Shown: positions 1 to 9,178 of the stretch, one piece after another | How positions within the stretch are numbered: the first letter of the stretch is position 1 | Layout: every line of letters begins with the position of its first letter | Source: Candidatus Poribacteria bacterium | GTDB lineage: Bacteria > Poribacteria > WGA-4E > PCPOR2b | Direction: 5' to 3' | Length of the DNA: 64,000 bases | Assembly (NCBI GenBank): GCA_965218095.1 | Contig: OZ244587.1 | Coordinates: 3,136,001-3,200,000, forward strand | Program-made: the position numbers and the translations under genes | Notes under the pieces: generated by a model | What the model was told of the DNA's origin: nothing | Databases searched by the model: none | The model's input: the letters and a program-made list of their open reading frames with translations, nothing else

Positions 1-1494
1 CGAAATTTGCAAGTCCGAGATATTCAGAGAATTGATGGCAGGCAACAGACGCAAAACGTCCGTATGGATATTATCGTTGAAGGTGTTACTGCTAGCAAAA
101 AATGGGAATGTGGTTTGGAATTCGATTATGCCAATCCAGAATCCTTTTACTGCCGCCCTCTTCGATTATCGGAAGCGGATGGTAAAGTATCAGAACAGAT
201 GCCTGTTCCTGAAGAGGTGGCAAATCTCAATGTTGCCTTCCTTCCGCCTATGTCTGGGCTTGCCTCGAATGAAACCCGCCTTGATACGGGTGCGATTAAT
301 GTCCGTGTAGGGGAGGGGAGAACCGCAGAGGTCCTCCGCAATCTCTGCTATCAGGTCTTACAAGAGGGAGAAGACAACAAAAAATGGGAAACTATCTGTC
401 AACAGATTGAAGACCTATTCGGGGTTGAACTTGACGAGCCAAATTATATCCTTGAGCGCGGGGAGATTGAGATGAGTTACCGAGACAGATCAGGTACTTC
501 TCTTGACCTCTCCTCATCAGGACGCGGACTTCAACAAACCCTGCTTCTGCTCGCATATATTGCAGCACATCCGGGGGCAGTCCTTCTGCTCGATGAACCA
601 GATGCACACCTTGAGATCCTTCGGCAAAGACAGATTTATCAGATTCTTACCGAGTTGACAAAGAAACATGGCAGTCAAATCATTGCCGCCAGCCATTCTG
701 AAGTCATTCTTAACGAGGCAGCCGATCGCGATGTCGTTATTGCCTTCCTTGGTGCACCCCATCGTATAAACGATCGCGGGAGTCAGGTTTTAAAATCGCT
801 TAAGGAGATTGGTTTTGAGCAGTATTATCAAGCACGACAGACGGGCTGGGTTCTTTATCTTGAAGGACCCACGGACCTCGCCATCTTAAAGGCATTTGCT
901 GAAAAACTGGAGCATCCTGCGAAGAGTATATTGGAACGCCTGTTTGTGCACTACGTTGGAAACCAACCGCAGAAAACCCGCGACCACTTTTATGGGTTGC
1001 GGGAGGCGAAGACTGATTTGGTGGGATTTTGTCTCTTCGATCGGATTGAGCCGGAATTACAAACAAGAACTGAATTAAGAGAGTATCAGTGGAGGAGGCG
1101 CGAGATTGAGAATTACCTATGCCAAAAAGAGGTGTTAATAGCATGGGCAGAAGCAGAAGGAAAAAAACAGAGCGCAGGACCACTATTTGCTAATCAATTT
1201 ACAAATCGATGGCTATCTGCAATGGAAGAGGCGATTGCGGAGATTGGAAACGCCCTAGAGACACTCGGTAAAGGTTCGCCTTGGTCGCCTGATACCAAGG
1301 TGAGTGATGATTTTCTGGATCCACTTTTCGATTCCTTTTTCAACGAACTGGAATTGGAGAATTTGATGCGAAAAACAAATTATCACACCCTCGTCCAATA
1401 TGTTCCCGCAGATCAGATTGACCCAGAAGTATCCGAAGTACTCGATGGGATTTTGGAAATAGCGAACCGAGCGGTGCCGATGACCAATACGTAA
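1..1494 (+). CDS. OLD-like ABC/AAA ATPase with C-terminal TOPRIM nuclease domain (5' partial)
   Basis: ABC signature-like LSSSGRG, Walker B/D-loop VLLLDEPDAHL, H-loop ASHS, TOPRIM motif LYLEGPTD and later FDR; Walker A lies upstream of the window. Confidence 0.8.
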   Translation, partial: RNLQVRDIQRIDGRQQTQNVRMDIIVEGVTASKKWECGLEFDYANPESFYCRPLRLSEADGKVSEQMPVPEEVANLNVAFLPPMSGLASNETRLDTGAINVRVGEGRTAEVLRNLCYQVLQEGEDNKKWETICQQIEDLFGVELDEPNYILERGEIEMSYRDRSGTSLDLSSSGRGLQQTLLLLAYIAAHPGAVLLLDEPDAHLEILRQRQIYQILTELTKKHGSQIIAASHSEVILNEAADRDVVIAFLGAPHRINDRGSQVLKSLKEIGFEQYYQARQTGWVLYLEGPTDLAILKAFAEKLEHPAKSILERLFVHYVGNQPQKTRDHFYGLREAKTDLVGFCLFDRIEPELQTRTELREYQWRRREIENYLCQKEVLIAWAEAEGKKQSAGPLFANQFTNRWLSAMEEAIAEIGNALETLGKGSPWSPDTKVSDDFLDPLFDSFFNELELENLMRKTNYHTLVQYVPADQIDPEVSEVLDGILEIANRAVPMTNT

Positions 1495-1538
1495 GTGCTA
1501 TTTGTGTGATTGGAATACGTTGGAAAAAGGTATTGAAA

Positions 1539-2084
1539 ATGGCACACGCATACATCGGTTTTGGATCCAACATCGACGACCGCTTCGCGTATATCGTTCA
1601 AGCGTTGCGTTTGCTGTTAGAAGCAGATGGCGTCTCACTGATACAGATCTCCTCCCTCTACGAAACCGAGCCCGTCGGCTATGAAGAACAGGATTGGTTC
1701 CTGAATGGCGTCCTCGCTATCGAAACCAGTCTATCGCTCGATCAGTTGTTGGTGTTGCTGAAGGGTATTGAACAGGTTGTTGGACGGCAGCAGCGCATCC
1801 GTTGGAGACCACGAGAGGTAGACCTGGATCTGTTAATCTACAACCAGTGTTGTATCAATACACCGGATCTGATTGTGCCTCACCCCGAAATGCACCGACG
1901 CAGTTTTGTCCTTGTCCCTTTCGCCGAGATCGCCCCGGATGTTCGCCACCCAATCCTGCAAGAAAATATCCAGTCCCTACTCGCCAATCTGACTGACGAG
2001 AAAACCGTCAAGCTAGCGGTGCCACCGCCGGAAATCGTTCCAAAGGATCTGACCAAATGGCATACAATCCACAAAATCCGCTGA
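1539..2084 (+). CDS. folK: 2-amino-4-hydroxy-6-hydroxymethyldihydropteridine diphosphokinase
   Basis: AYIGFGSNI, SSLYETEPVG, QDWFLNGV, RWRPREVDLDLL, PHPEMHRRSFVLVP motifs; ATG at 1539 after AAGG. Confidence 0.95.
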   Translation: MAHAYIGFGSNIDDRFAYIVQALRLLLEADGVSLIQISSLYETEPVGYEEQDWFLNGVLAIETSLSLDQLLVLLKGIEQVVGRQQRIRWRPREVDLDLLIYNQCCINTPDLIVPHPEMHRRSFVLVPFAEIAPDVRHPILQENIQSLLANLTDEKTVKLAVPPPEIVPKDLTKWHTIHKIR

Positions 2085-3739
2085 TTGTCCAGAGTGATCG
2101 GACGGTTCTTCTTGAGGTTGACAACCTGCTTTACGAGGCGGCGCGAGATGAGCTTGCCCGTTTCGCGGAGTTGGAAAAGAGTCCCGAACATATCCACACC
2201 TATCGTATCACGCCGCTTTCGTTGTGGAATGCTGCGGCTTCGGGTCTGGAAGCGGGGGATATCTTAGATGCGCTTGATGAATATACCAAATACGATGTGC
2301 CGCAAAACATCATCGCCGAGATTGTCGATTATGCGTCGCGCTACGGGCGGGTGAAGTTGATGAAGCACAGCGACGGCTTGGTTTTGCATTGCGATGATCC
2401 GGCGCTCATCGCTGAAATTGCCCATAGCCAATCGGTGAAAAGTATGCTAGGAGAGCAGATTGATTCCCATACGATCGGCATTCCACGCCACCTCCGAGGG
2501 CATATCAAGCAAGCGTTAATCAAGCTCGGCTTTCCGGTTGAAGATCTCGCAGGATACGTCAGCGGCAGCTATCTGGAGATTGCGCCACGTCCGGTGACGC
2601 AATCAGGGAACCTCTTCGATCTGCGTGACTACCAGCGCAACGCGGCGGAGGTTTTTTATGCAGGCGGGGGCGCACGCGGCGGCAGTGGTGTAGTTGTCCT
2701 CCCTTGCGGCGCAGGTAAAACAATCGTTGGGCTTGGCATTTTGTTTGAGACCCAATGCCACACGCTGATCCTTTCAACAAACACAATCGCTGTGCGCCAG
2801 TGGATCGATGAATTCCTCGATAAGACAACGATTGCGCCAGAGGATGTTGGAGAATACACGGGCGATCGCAAGGAGATCCGGCCAATTACCATGACGACCT
2901 ATCAGATTCTGACTTATCGCAAGAGTAAGTCAGAGCACTTTGTTCACATGGGGATATTTTCAGACATGGACTGGGGCTTGATTATCTATGACGAGGTTCA
3001 CCTGTTGCCTGCGCCTGTGTTTCGGATGACTGCGGAGATCCAAGCAAGACGACGGCTTGGATTGACGGCAACGCTTGTGCGTGAAGATGGCAGAGAAGAT
3101 GATGTGTTCAGCTTAATTGGACCGAAAAAGTATGATGTCCCCTGGCGAGAATTGGAAAAGCAGGGCTGGATTGCGACCGCCGAGTGCACCGAGATCCGCG
3201 TAGATCTGCCGGAACACCTGCGGATGGGGTATGCCGTTGCTGACGCGAGGAAGAAGTTTCGGATTGCTTCCGAGAACCCGAGCAAGTTTCCGATTGTGCG
3301 CCGACTGATTGAACAACACAGAGACGATCAGGTGCTCGTTATTGGGCAATACATCAGCCAACTCAAGGAGATAGCGGCAAATCTGAATGCCCCGCTGATT
3401 ATGGGAAAAACCACGAACCAAGAGCGTGGCAGACTCTACGACCAGTTTCGGCGAGGAGAGATTAAACGGCTTGTCGTTTCCAAAGTCGCTAACTTTGCGA
3501 TTGACCTCCCCGATGCCAACGTCGCGATCCAGATTTCCGGCGCGTTTGGCTCACGCCAAGAGGAAGCCCAGCGCCTCGGACGCATCCTCCGCCCCAAGCG
3601 TAATGGCTCGCTTGCGCACTTCTACTCGATCGTCACCCGTGATTCCCGCGATCAGGAGTTTGCGATCAACCGTCAGCTTTTCCTGACTGAGCAGGGGTAT
3701 CGGTACACGATCCGCTACGGTCATGAGTATGAAACGTGA
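2057..3739 (+). CDS. XPB/Ssl2/Rad25-type SF2 DNA repair helicase
   Basis: N-terminal NPLIVQSDRTVLLE, LPCGAGKT, DEVH, GLTAT, SRQEEAQRLGRILRPK typical of bacterial XPB. Confidence 0.92.
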   Translation: MAYNPQNPLIVQSDRTVLLEVDNLLYEAARDELARFAELEKSPEHIHTYRITPLSLWNAAASGLEAGDILDALDEYTKYDVPQNIIAEIVDYASRYGRVKLMKHSDGLVLHCDDPALIAEIAHSQSVKSMLGEQIDSHTIGIPRHLRGHIKQALIKLGFPVEDLAGYVSGSYLEIAPRPVTQSGNLFDLRDYQRNAAEVFYAGGGARGGSGVVVLPCGAGKTIVGLGILFETQCHTLILSTNTIAVRQWIDEFLDKTTIAPEDVGEYTGDRKEIRPITMTTYQILTYRKSKSEHFVHMGIFSDMDWGLIIYDEVHLLPAPVFRMTAEIQARRRLGLTATLVREDGREDDVFSLIGPKKYDVPWRELEKQGWIATAECTEIRVDLPEHLRMGYAVADARKKFRIASENPSKFPIVRRLIEQHRDDQVLVIGQYISQLKEIAANLNAPLIMGKTTNQERGRLYDQFRRGEIKRLVVSKVANFAIDLPDANVAIQISGAFGSRQEEAQRLGRILRPKRNGSLAHFYSIVTRDSRDQEFAINRQLFLTEQGYRYTIRYGHEYET

Positions 3740-3996
3740 AGGATAACGCGGCTCGAAATGGGTTTAGTCAATCACGGTATTCAATTCATAAGGAGAGCAT
3801 CCAAGAATACCAGCCGGAGCAGAAATATGATGCTCTATTTGCTAATCCCCCATTTGTCCCCGTGCCCGATAGGGTTATATTTCCGATTCATTCAGATGGA
3901 GGTATTGATGGTAATGTGCTGACCAACATACTTCTTCGCCGGCTTAAGACTTTCCTAAAGCCAGATGTCGAACAAATCAATTCACAAAATACTTGA
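3736..3996 (+). pseudogene. SAM-dependent methyltransferase fragment
   Basis: YDALFANPPF motif but no glycine-rich SAM-binding motif I; only 86 aa. Confidence 0.6.
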
Positions 3997-4080
3997 GGTT
4001 CTTCGCGAAAAAATGCGTAAGCAATCTACCATGGGTCTTGTGCTGAAAGTCAAATAGAGAAGTCAACATCAAAAACAACG

Positions 4081-4956
4081 ATGTCGCTTTTAAGTGTGAA
4101 ATTTCTCAAACAGATTGATCGCCTGCAAATCCGTTCCCACAACGTATTTCGAGGTCAATTCAAAGGCGAACGGCGCAGCCTCAATCGGGGCGCCAGCGTC
4201 GAGTTCGCCGACTACCGAATCTACGAGCCTGGTGATGATTTGCGCTACATTGATTGGAACATTTATGCGCGATTGGATCGGCTCTTTCTCAAATTGTTCA
4301 GCGCGGAGGAAGATCTCCCAATCTTTGTCTTAATCGATAACAGCAAGTCAATGGATTTCGGTGAACCCACAAAGTTGGAGTGCGCCAAGCGAATTGCTGC
4401 GGCGTTGAGCTACATCGGTTTGGCGAGTTTTGATCGCGTATCGATCTATACACTCTCAGATCAGTTCACCCTGATTGCACCGCTCACTTATGGGAAGATG
4501 CAATTTCCGAAGCTTTCACAGTCTCTTGAGGAAATTATCGGGGAAGGAGAAACCTGTCTAACAGGGTGTTTAAAACACTTTGTAACCCAGACAAGGGGTT
4601 CCGGTGCTGTAGTCATTATTTCAGATTTTTTGGATATGGATGGTTATGAATCAGGGCTCAAGCAACTCTTAGCCAGAAATTTTGATTTGACACTCATCCA
4701 CCTTCTCAGTGATGAAGAGATGCACCCACGACCCTCAGGCGAATTACAGTTGGTGGATGCGGAGACAGGGCAGTCTAAAGAGATTACGGTTAATGAGCAG
4801 GCACTCGCAGGTTACACCAGACGCTTTAACGCATTTTGTGAAGGCTTGAAACGCTTTTGCTTGAACCGCGGCGTGACTTATGTTCGTATTAGTAATCAGG
4901 CGTCGGTCGAACAGTTTATCTTAAAAGATCTGCGACGGAGTGGCTTCATTCATTGA
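4081..4956 (+). CDS. DUF58 / vWA-domain protein (MoxR-associated family)
   Basis: GASVEFADYRIYEPGDDLRYIDWN, IDNSKSM MIDAS-like, IISDF. Confidence 0.9.
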   Translation: MSLLSVKFLKQIDRLQIRSHNVFRGQFKGERRSLNRGASVEFADYRIYEPGDDLRYIDWNIYARLDRLFLKLFSAEEDLPIFVLIDNSKSMDFGEPTKLECAKRIAAALSYIGLASFDRVSIYTLSDQFTLIAPLTYGKMQFPKLSQSLEEIIGEGETCLTGCLKHFVTQTRGSGAVVIISDFLDMDGYESGLKQLLARNFDLTLIHLLSDEEMHPRPSGELQLVDAETGQSKEITVNEQALAGYTRRFNAFCEGLKRFCLNRGVTYVRISNQASVEQFILKDLRRSGFIH

Positions 4957-5175
4957 TGCAATGAAGCAACACTTACCATCTTCACAAGAATAGGTGAGAG
5001 TCATTGGAGATGAGGTTGGGCACACACATCTGTGTCAGGCTGGACGCAGATGTGTCGACAAACTTTCAGGACAGATAGACAACTCAGTTTGGGCTTTTGT
5101 ATAGAATCATCAGGCATAATTGTTGCTTTTGTGAGGTGTTATATGATTTTCAATAACTCCGAAAGGATTTTTGAT

Positions 5176-6144
5176 ATGGAGAAAGAACAGTTGCTTCAAA
5201 GACGGATTGCGGTGTTAATGGGTGGGAAATCAGGAGAAAGGCAGGTGTCATTGCGATCCGGAGCGAGAGTGATTGCCGCACTCCAGAGGCTTGGAACGGA
5301 CGTAATCGTAATCGATCCAATCGACCCTGACTGGATTGACCAGATGCACGCAGCGTCAATTGACATCGCATTTCTGGCATTACACGGAAAGGGTTGTGAA
5401 GACGGGACAATCCAGGGTGTTTTAGAAGCATTTGAGTTTGCCTATACCGGCTCTGGCGTGCTCGCAAGCGCACTTGCCATGAATAAGGTCATGACGAAGC
5501 GGGTGCTATACACAATGAACATTCCAACCCCGAATTACCTAACGGTTGACCCGGATCAGCGCTTAGACCCGCAATGTGAAGAAGCCAGCGACCGCCTGGG
5601 ATTGCCGCTTGTGCTCAAGCCAACGTCAGAAGGCTCAAGCATTGGGGTATCAATCATCAGCGAACTGCCAGAATTGAAGCGGGTCGCCCGTAAAACCCAA
5701 CATCAGTTCGGGGAGATCTTTTTTGAAAAGTACATCCGAGGACAAGAAGTGACTGTGGGGCTGCTCGGCGTCAAGGACGATCTGCGCGCTCTGCCTGTGC
5801 TTGAGTTGGTCCCCAAACGAGAATTCTACGACTACGAAGCGAAGTATACCGAGGGAGTGACGGAGTTCATTCTCCCGGCGAGGTTATCAGACTCGCTGAC
5901 CGAACAGGTGCAGGAGATCGCCATCAATACACACAAAGCGATCGGTTGTTGGGGCGCCTCGCGGGTTGATATGCGGGTTGATGCTGATGGACAACCTTAT
6001 GTGATGGAGATTAACACGCTGCCGGGGTTAACGGCCCTCAGTGATTTACCGGCGCAAGCAGGGGCGGCGGGAATCTCGTACAATGAACTTATCTATGAAA
6101 TTTTGGAAAGCGCGCAAGTTCGTCTTACTGCATATAAGGATTAG
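5176..6144 (+). CDS. ddl: D-alanine--D-alanine ligase
   Basis: IAVLMGGKSGERQVSLRSG, ALHGKGCEDGTIQG, EGSSIG, FYDYEAKY, MEINTLPG; ATG at 5176 after GAAAGGA. Confidence 0.95.
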   Translation: MEKEQLLQRRIAVLMGGKSGERQVSLRSGARVIAALQRLGTDVIVIDPIDPDWIDQMHAASIDIAFLALHGKGCEDGTIQGVLEAFEFAYTGSGVLASALAMNKVMTKRVLYTMNIPTPNYLTVDPDQRLDPQCEEASDRLGLPLVLKPTSEGSSIGVSIISELPELKRVARKTQHQFGEIFFEKYIRGQEVTVGLLGVKDDLRALPVLELVPKREFYDYEAKYTEGVTEFILPARLSDSLTEQVQEIAINTHKAIGCWGASRVDMRVDADGQPYVMEINTLPGLTALSDLPAQAGAAGISYNELIYEILESAQVRLTAYKD

Positions 6145-6962
6145 TACCCGTATCTTTCGATGAGCGCCTTGCTCTTAATTACCCCTTCGTGGTCGTCGGT
6201 ATGCCCCTCGTACTCGATGCCGAAGGGATTGGTGTATCCCGCCGCCTTGAAAACCGCCATGACGCTTTTGCAGTCGATCTCGTTGGAGTCTCCGTTTTCA
6301 TCAAAGCTGAGAAATTTTGCGTGGGTCACCCAGGCGTATGGCGCGACCTTCCGCAAGTTTTCCACCTTGTCATCCTCGGGCCTCCAATTCAGGAAGTCTG
6401 CCAGCACGCGGCAATATTCGCTGTCAACCGCTTTTATGATCTGCACGATGTTGTCAGGCGATACTGAAACACCGCCATGATTTTCCATCATCACGCGAAT
6501 GCCGGTCTCCTCACCAATTGCTGCCAACTCCTTAAAACTCTTAATACATTGTTCAATCTCTTCTGCCGAGACATCAGCGCCGTGCCTCCCGCCACTGTTG
6601 GCTCGAAAGGCGTTACAGCCAAGTTTTTGACAAACACCAAACCATCTCTTGTGATTCTGCGCTGCCTGTTTCCGCTCGTCCTCATCAAGGGCGGACAGAT
6701 TGCCATGTCCATCAACTGCGATACTGAGTAATCTCACGCCAGCACTGGCAGCCCGACGACGTAACTCGTCCAAGTGCGCATCAGAAATCCCGCTTTGTGC
6801 CGGATTGCTCGGATCTTCGTACACAAAGAACGGACTGTTCAACTCCACCGCATTGATGCCAAACTCATCGCGTGCAAGCTGTGGATAGTCAAGCAGAGAT
6901 AAGGGATTGTCCTGATTTCTGAAACGTCGATTAATACTCCAACCTGCGAGGGAAATTTCCAT
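6141..6962 (-). CDS. Sugar phosphate isomerase/epimerase (xylose isomerase-like TIM barrel)
   Basis: ENHGG, LADFLN, HAK, GIEYEG metal-binding motifs. Confidence 0.85.
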   Translation of the reverse strand: MEISLAGWSINRRFRNQDNPLSLLDYPQLARDEFGINAVELNSPFFVYEDPSNPAQSGISDAHLDELRRRAASAGVRLLSIAVDGHGNLSALDEDERKQAAQNHKRWFGVCQKLGCNAFRANSGGRHGADVSAEEIEQCIKSFKELAAIGEETGIRVMMENHGGVSVSPDNIVQIIKAVDSEYCRVLADFLNWRPEDDKVENLRKVAPYAWVTHAKFLSFDENGDSNEIDCKSVMAVFKAAGYTNPFGIEYEGHTDDHEGVIKSKALIERYGY

Positions 6963-7110
6963 CGTTATGAACTCCTAATCTTATACGAACTGCTTTAACC
7001 TCATTTTATAACCTTGCGAAGGTTAGGAGCCTTATTTGATACGCCAGATAGTAGAGTAGCACAGCGGTGGTGATGACGCAACCCTTTTTTCCGCAAACTG
7101 AACCCTGCCC

Positions 7111-7139
7111 TTGATTTTGAAACGCTACAGTGCTATAAT
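7111..7139 (+). promoter_or_regulatory. sigma70-type promoter of the cyclase gene
   Basis: TTGATT-17 nt-TATAAT with TG extension. Confidence 0.6.
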
Positions 7140-7161
7140 TGCTGAAAACCTGTAAAGACCA

Positions 7162-7869
7162 ATGAATTTAACAAGGAAGGGAATGGAAATGCAAATCAAT
7201 TTTGAGAAAATCATTGATCTCTCCTACACCGTCGATGAAAACAGCCCCCGTGAACTTCCGATTGATCCGGTCAGAATCTACGATACGGCAACGATCGAGA
7301 AGGATGGCTACTTTGAAAGCCGAGTGGATTTATCCGGGCATTGTGCGACCCATATTGATGTGCCTTGCTTGATGTACGCCGATGGATTCACCGTTGCTGA
7401 AATTTCGCAGAACAAGTTGACCGGGCATTCAGTATTGATGGACTTTTCCGAAATTAAGCAGCCGGAAGACGCCGTCACTGCGCAAGACATTGAAAAGTGG
7501 ATTGCTGAGAACGGCGATATTCCTGCGGAAAGTATCGTATTTATGCGGACGGGAATGGATCAGTACGCATACCAGGATATTTTCAATCGTCAATGGATTG
7601 GCTTCAGCGAAGATGCGGCGAAACTCCTCGTTGCGAAAGGAATCAAGGTGATTGGGACGGATGCATGCAGCATTGACTCAATGGCTGGGCACCCGCCGCG
7701 GCATGACGGGTTACCACCTGCCCACCTCGTCTTTCTCGGCGCAGGCGTTCCACAAGTCGAAGATCTGTGTAATCTGAGCCAGTTGCCCACACACTTCCAT
7801 GTCGTGATTGCGCCAATGAAATTAGCGCGGAGCTCTGGCGCACCGACGCGAGTCTTTGCCTTCGTATAA
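7162..7869 (+). CDS. Cyclase family (kynurenine formamidase-like) metal hydrolase
   Basis: HCATHIDVP (HxGTHxDxP-like), GTDACSID, C-terminal GAPTRVFA; true start may be a few codons downstream. Confidence 0.88.
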   Translation: MNLTRKGMEMQINFEKIIDLSYTVDENSPRELPIDPVRIYDTATIEKDGYFESRVDLSGHCATHIDVPCLMYADGFTVAEISQNKLTGHSVLMDFSEIKQPEDAVTAQDIEKWIAENGDIPAESIVFMRTGMDQYAYQDIFNRQWIGFSEDAAKLLVAKGIKVIGTDACSIDSMAGHPPRHDGLPPAHLVFLGAGVPQVEDLCNLSQLPTHFHVVIAPMKLARSSGAPTRVFAFV

Positions 7870-7989
7870 ATCAGCGAATAGGCAGAAGTGGCTCGTAGAT
7901 TCTCAAATTCGCTGAATTTTACTTGACACATCAGGATGTGTCTGCTACCACTCTCTAAAATGTACGATGGAAAGGCAGGTGTCAAACCG

Positions 7990-8691
7990 ATGAAATCTAT
8001 TTTTGTGCTGTGGATAGTTTTCCTGCAGATCGCTGCTCTCACATACGGCGAAATGAGCTTCGCTGGAACGTGGCGTGACGATTTCGAGGATAGAATTACT
8101 CGGGAATGGAAAATATACAATTTCCATCGCGAAGTTGAAAACTGGTGGGTCAACAAGGGTGAAGCGGTGGGACAGATCTTTGATCCCGGGTTCATGAGCC
8201 TATGGCTAACGGGGAAATTCGAGTGGGAGAACTACTCGCTATCATGTCGAGCAAAATTAGTCAAAGAGAGAAACGATCCCCCGAGTATAGGGCTCACATT
8301 GCATGACAGAGGCGAAGAGGACACCCGTTACCTGTTCTTTATCGATTTCCTCTTTGGGACTGTATCGATCACTAAGGCAACACCAAACCGGTGGTTCCCT
8401 CGGGTTTTCCCTTTTGTTGCGGAGATAGATACATGGTATCAACTCAAGGCGATCGTCAACGAGGGCCAACTCGAATTTCAGGTCAATGATCAGATTTTTA
8501 CAGCAGAGGATCTAGACCCGCTTAAACCTGGGCAAGCTGGGCTGGTGGTTGCTAACGGACAAGCTCGCTTTGACGATGTAGCGATTAGGGGTCAAAGTAT
8601 TAGGAATGGTGGGCCCGGACGGCCGCGTGCTGTCAATACGAAGGGCAAACTTTCGACAAGGTGGGGCGAGATTAAGTCCGAACATCGTTAA
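7990..8691 (+). CDS. Secreted beta-sandwich (DUF1080/concanavalin-like) protein with C-terminal xTxWGxIK motif
   Basis: Signal peptide MKSIFVLWIVFLQIAALTYG; WENYSLSCRAK, WYQLKAIV, GQAGL, FDDVAI; tail AVNTKGKLSTRWGEIKS. Confidence 0.75.
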   Translation: MKSIFVLWIVFLQIAALTYGEMSFAGTWRDDFEDRITREWKIYNFHREVENWWVNKGEAVGQIFDPGFMSLWLTGKFEWENYSLSCRAKLVKERNDPPSIGLTLHDRGEEDTRYLFFIDFLFGTVSITKATPNRWFPRVFPFVAEIDTWYQLKAIVNEGQLEFQVNDQIFTAEDLDPLKPGQAGLVVANGQARFDDVAIRGQSIRNGGPGRPRAVNTKGKLSTRWGEIKSEHR

Positions 8692-8699
8692 AATGGTGG

Positions 8700-9140
8700 T
8701 GTAGGATACGCTGAGGGATACATTGAACGAAAATTTGGAAGAGGCAGTTCTCTGGAAAAGCACAGATATTAAGGGAACCGACCGAGTAGACCAAGTTCTG
8801 CGAGTAAAACCCTATCTGACGCGATGTAGCTGGCGATAAGCGGCGTTTTCTGAAGAACGTTTGCACGAATCAGGCCGAAAACCGCAATGCACAAATGATC
8901 AATGCGTATAAGGTCACCAAAACGATCTTGTGGCTTCGTTGAACTCACACGCTTCACCTCGGTATTATTGTTCATCAGGACTTTCCTATTTTTATCAATG
9001 AACCTTGTACTTTAAAAGGAAACCTGGCGTAATCACGTCACCATGAGCAGCCCACCTAAAATATTCCCCGGAGGCAAACTCGAAGACGCGGTTAAAATTC
9101 CTGGCCGCCCTGATGTTTGTTTCATTCCGATTCGCCATTC
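8700..9140 (-). pseudogene. Glycosyltransferase family 2, fragmented
   Basis: NIRAARNFNRVFEFASGEYFRWAAHGDV in one frame and FGLIRANVLQKTPLIASYIASDRVLLAELGLLGRF in another; boundaries approximate. Confidence 0.75.
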
Positions 9141-9178
9141 TTCTTTCGCCTCCCCGCCCACTTGCCACACGACCATTC

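Noticed and set aside
4081-4956. DUF58 gene and MoxR remnant (52903) as one system
   Set aside because: They are 48 kb apart, the MoxR copy is broken, and both families are usually multicopy
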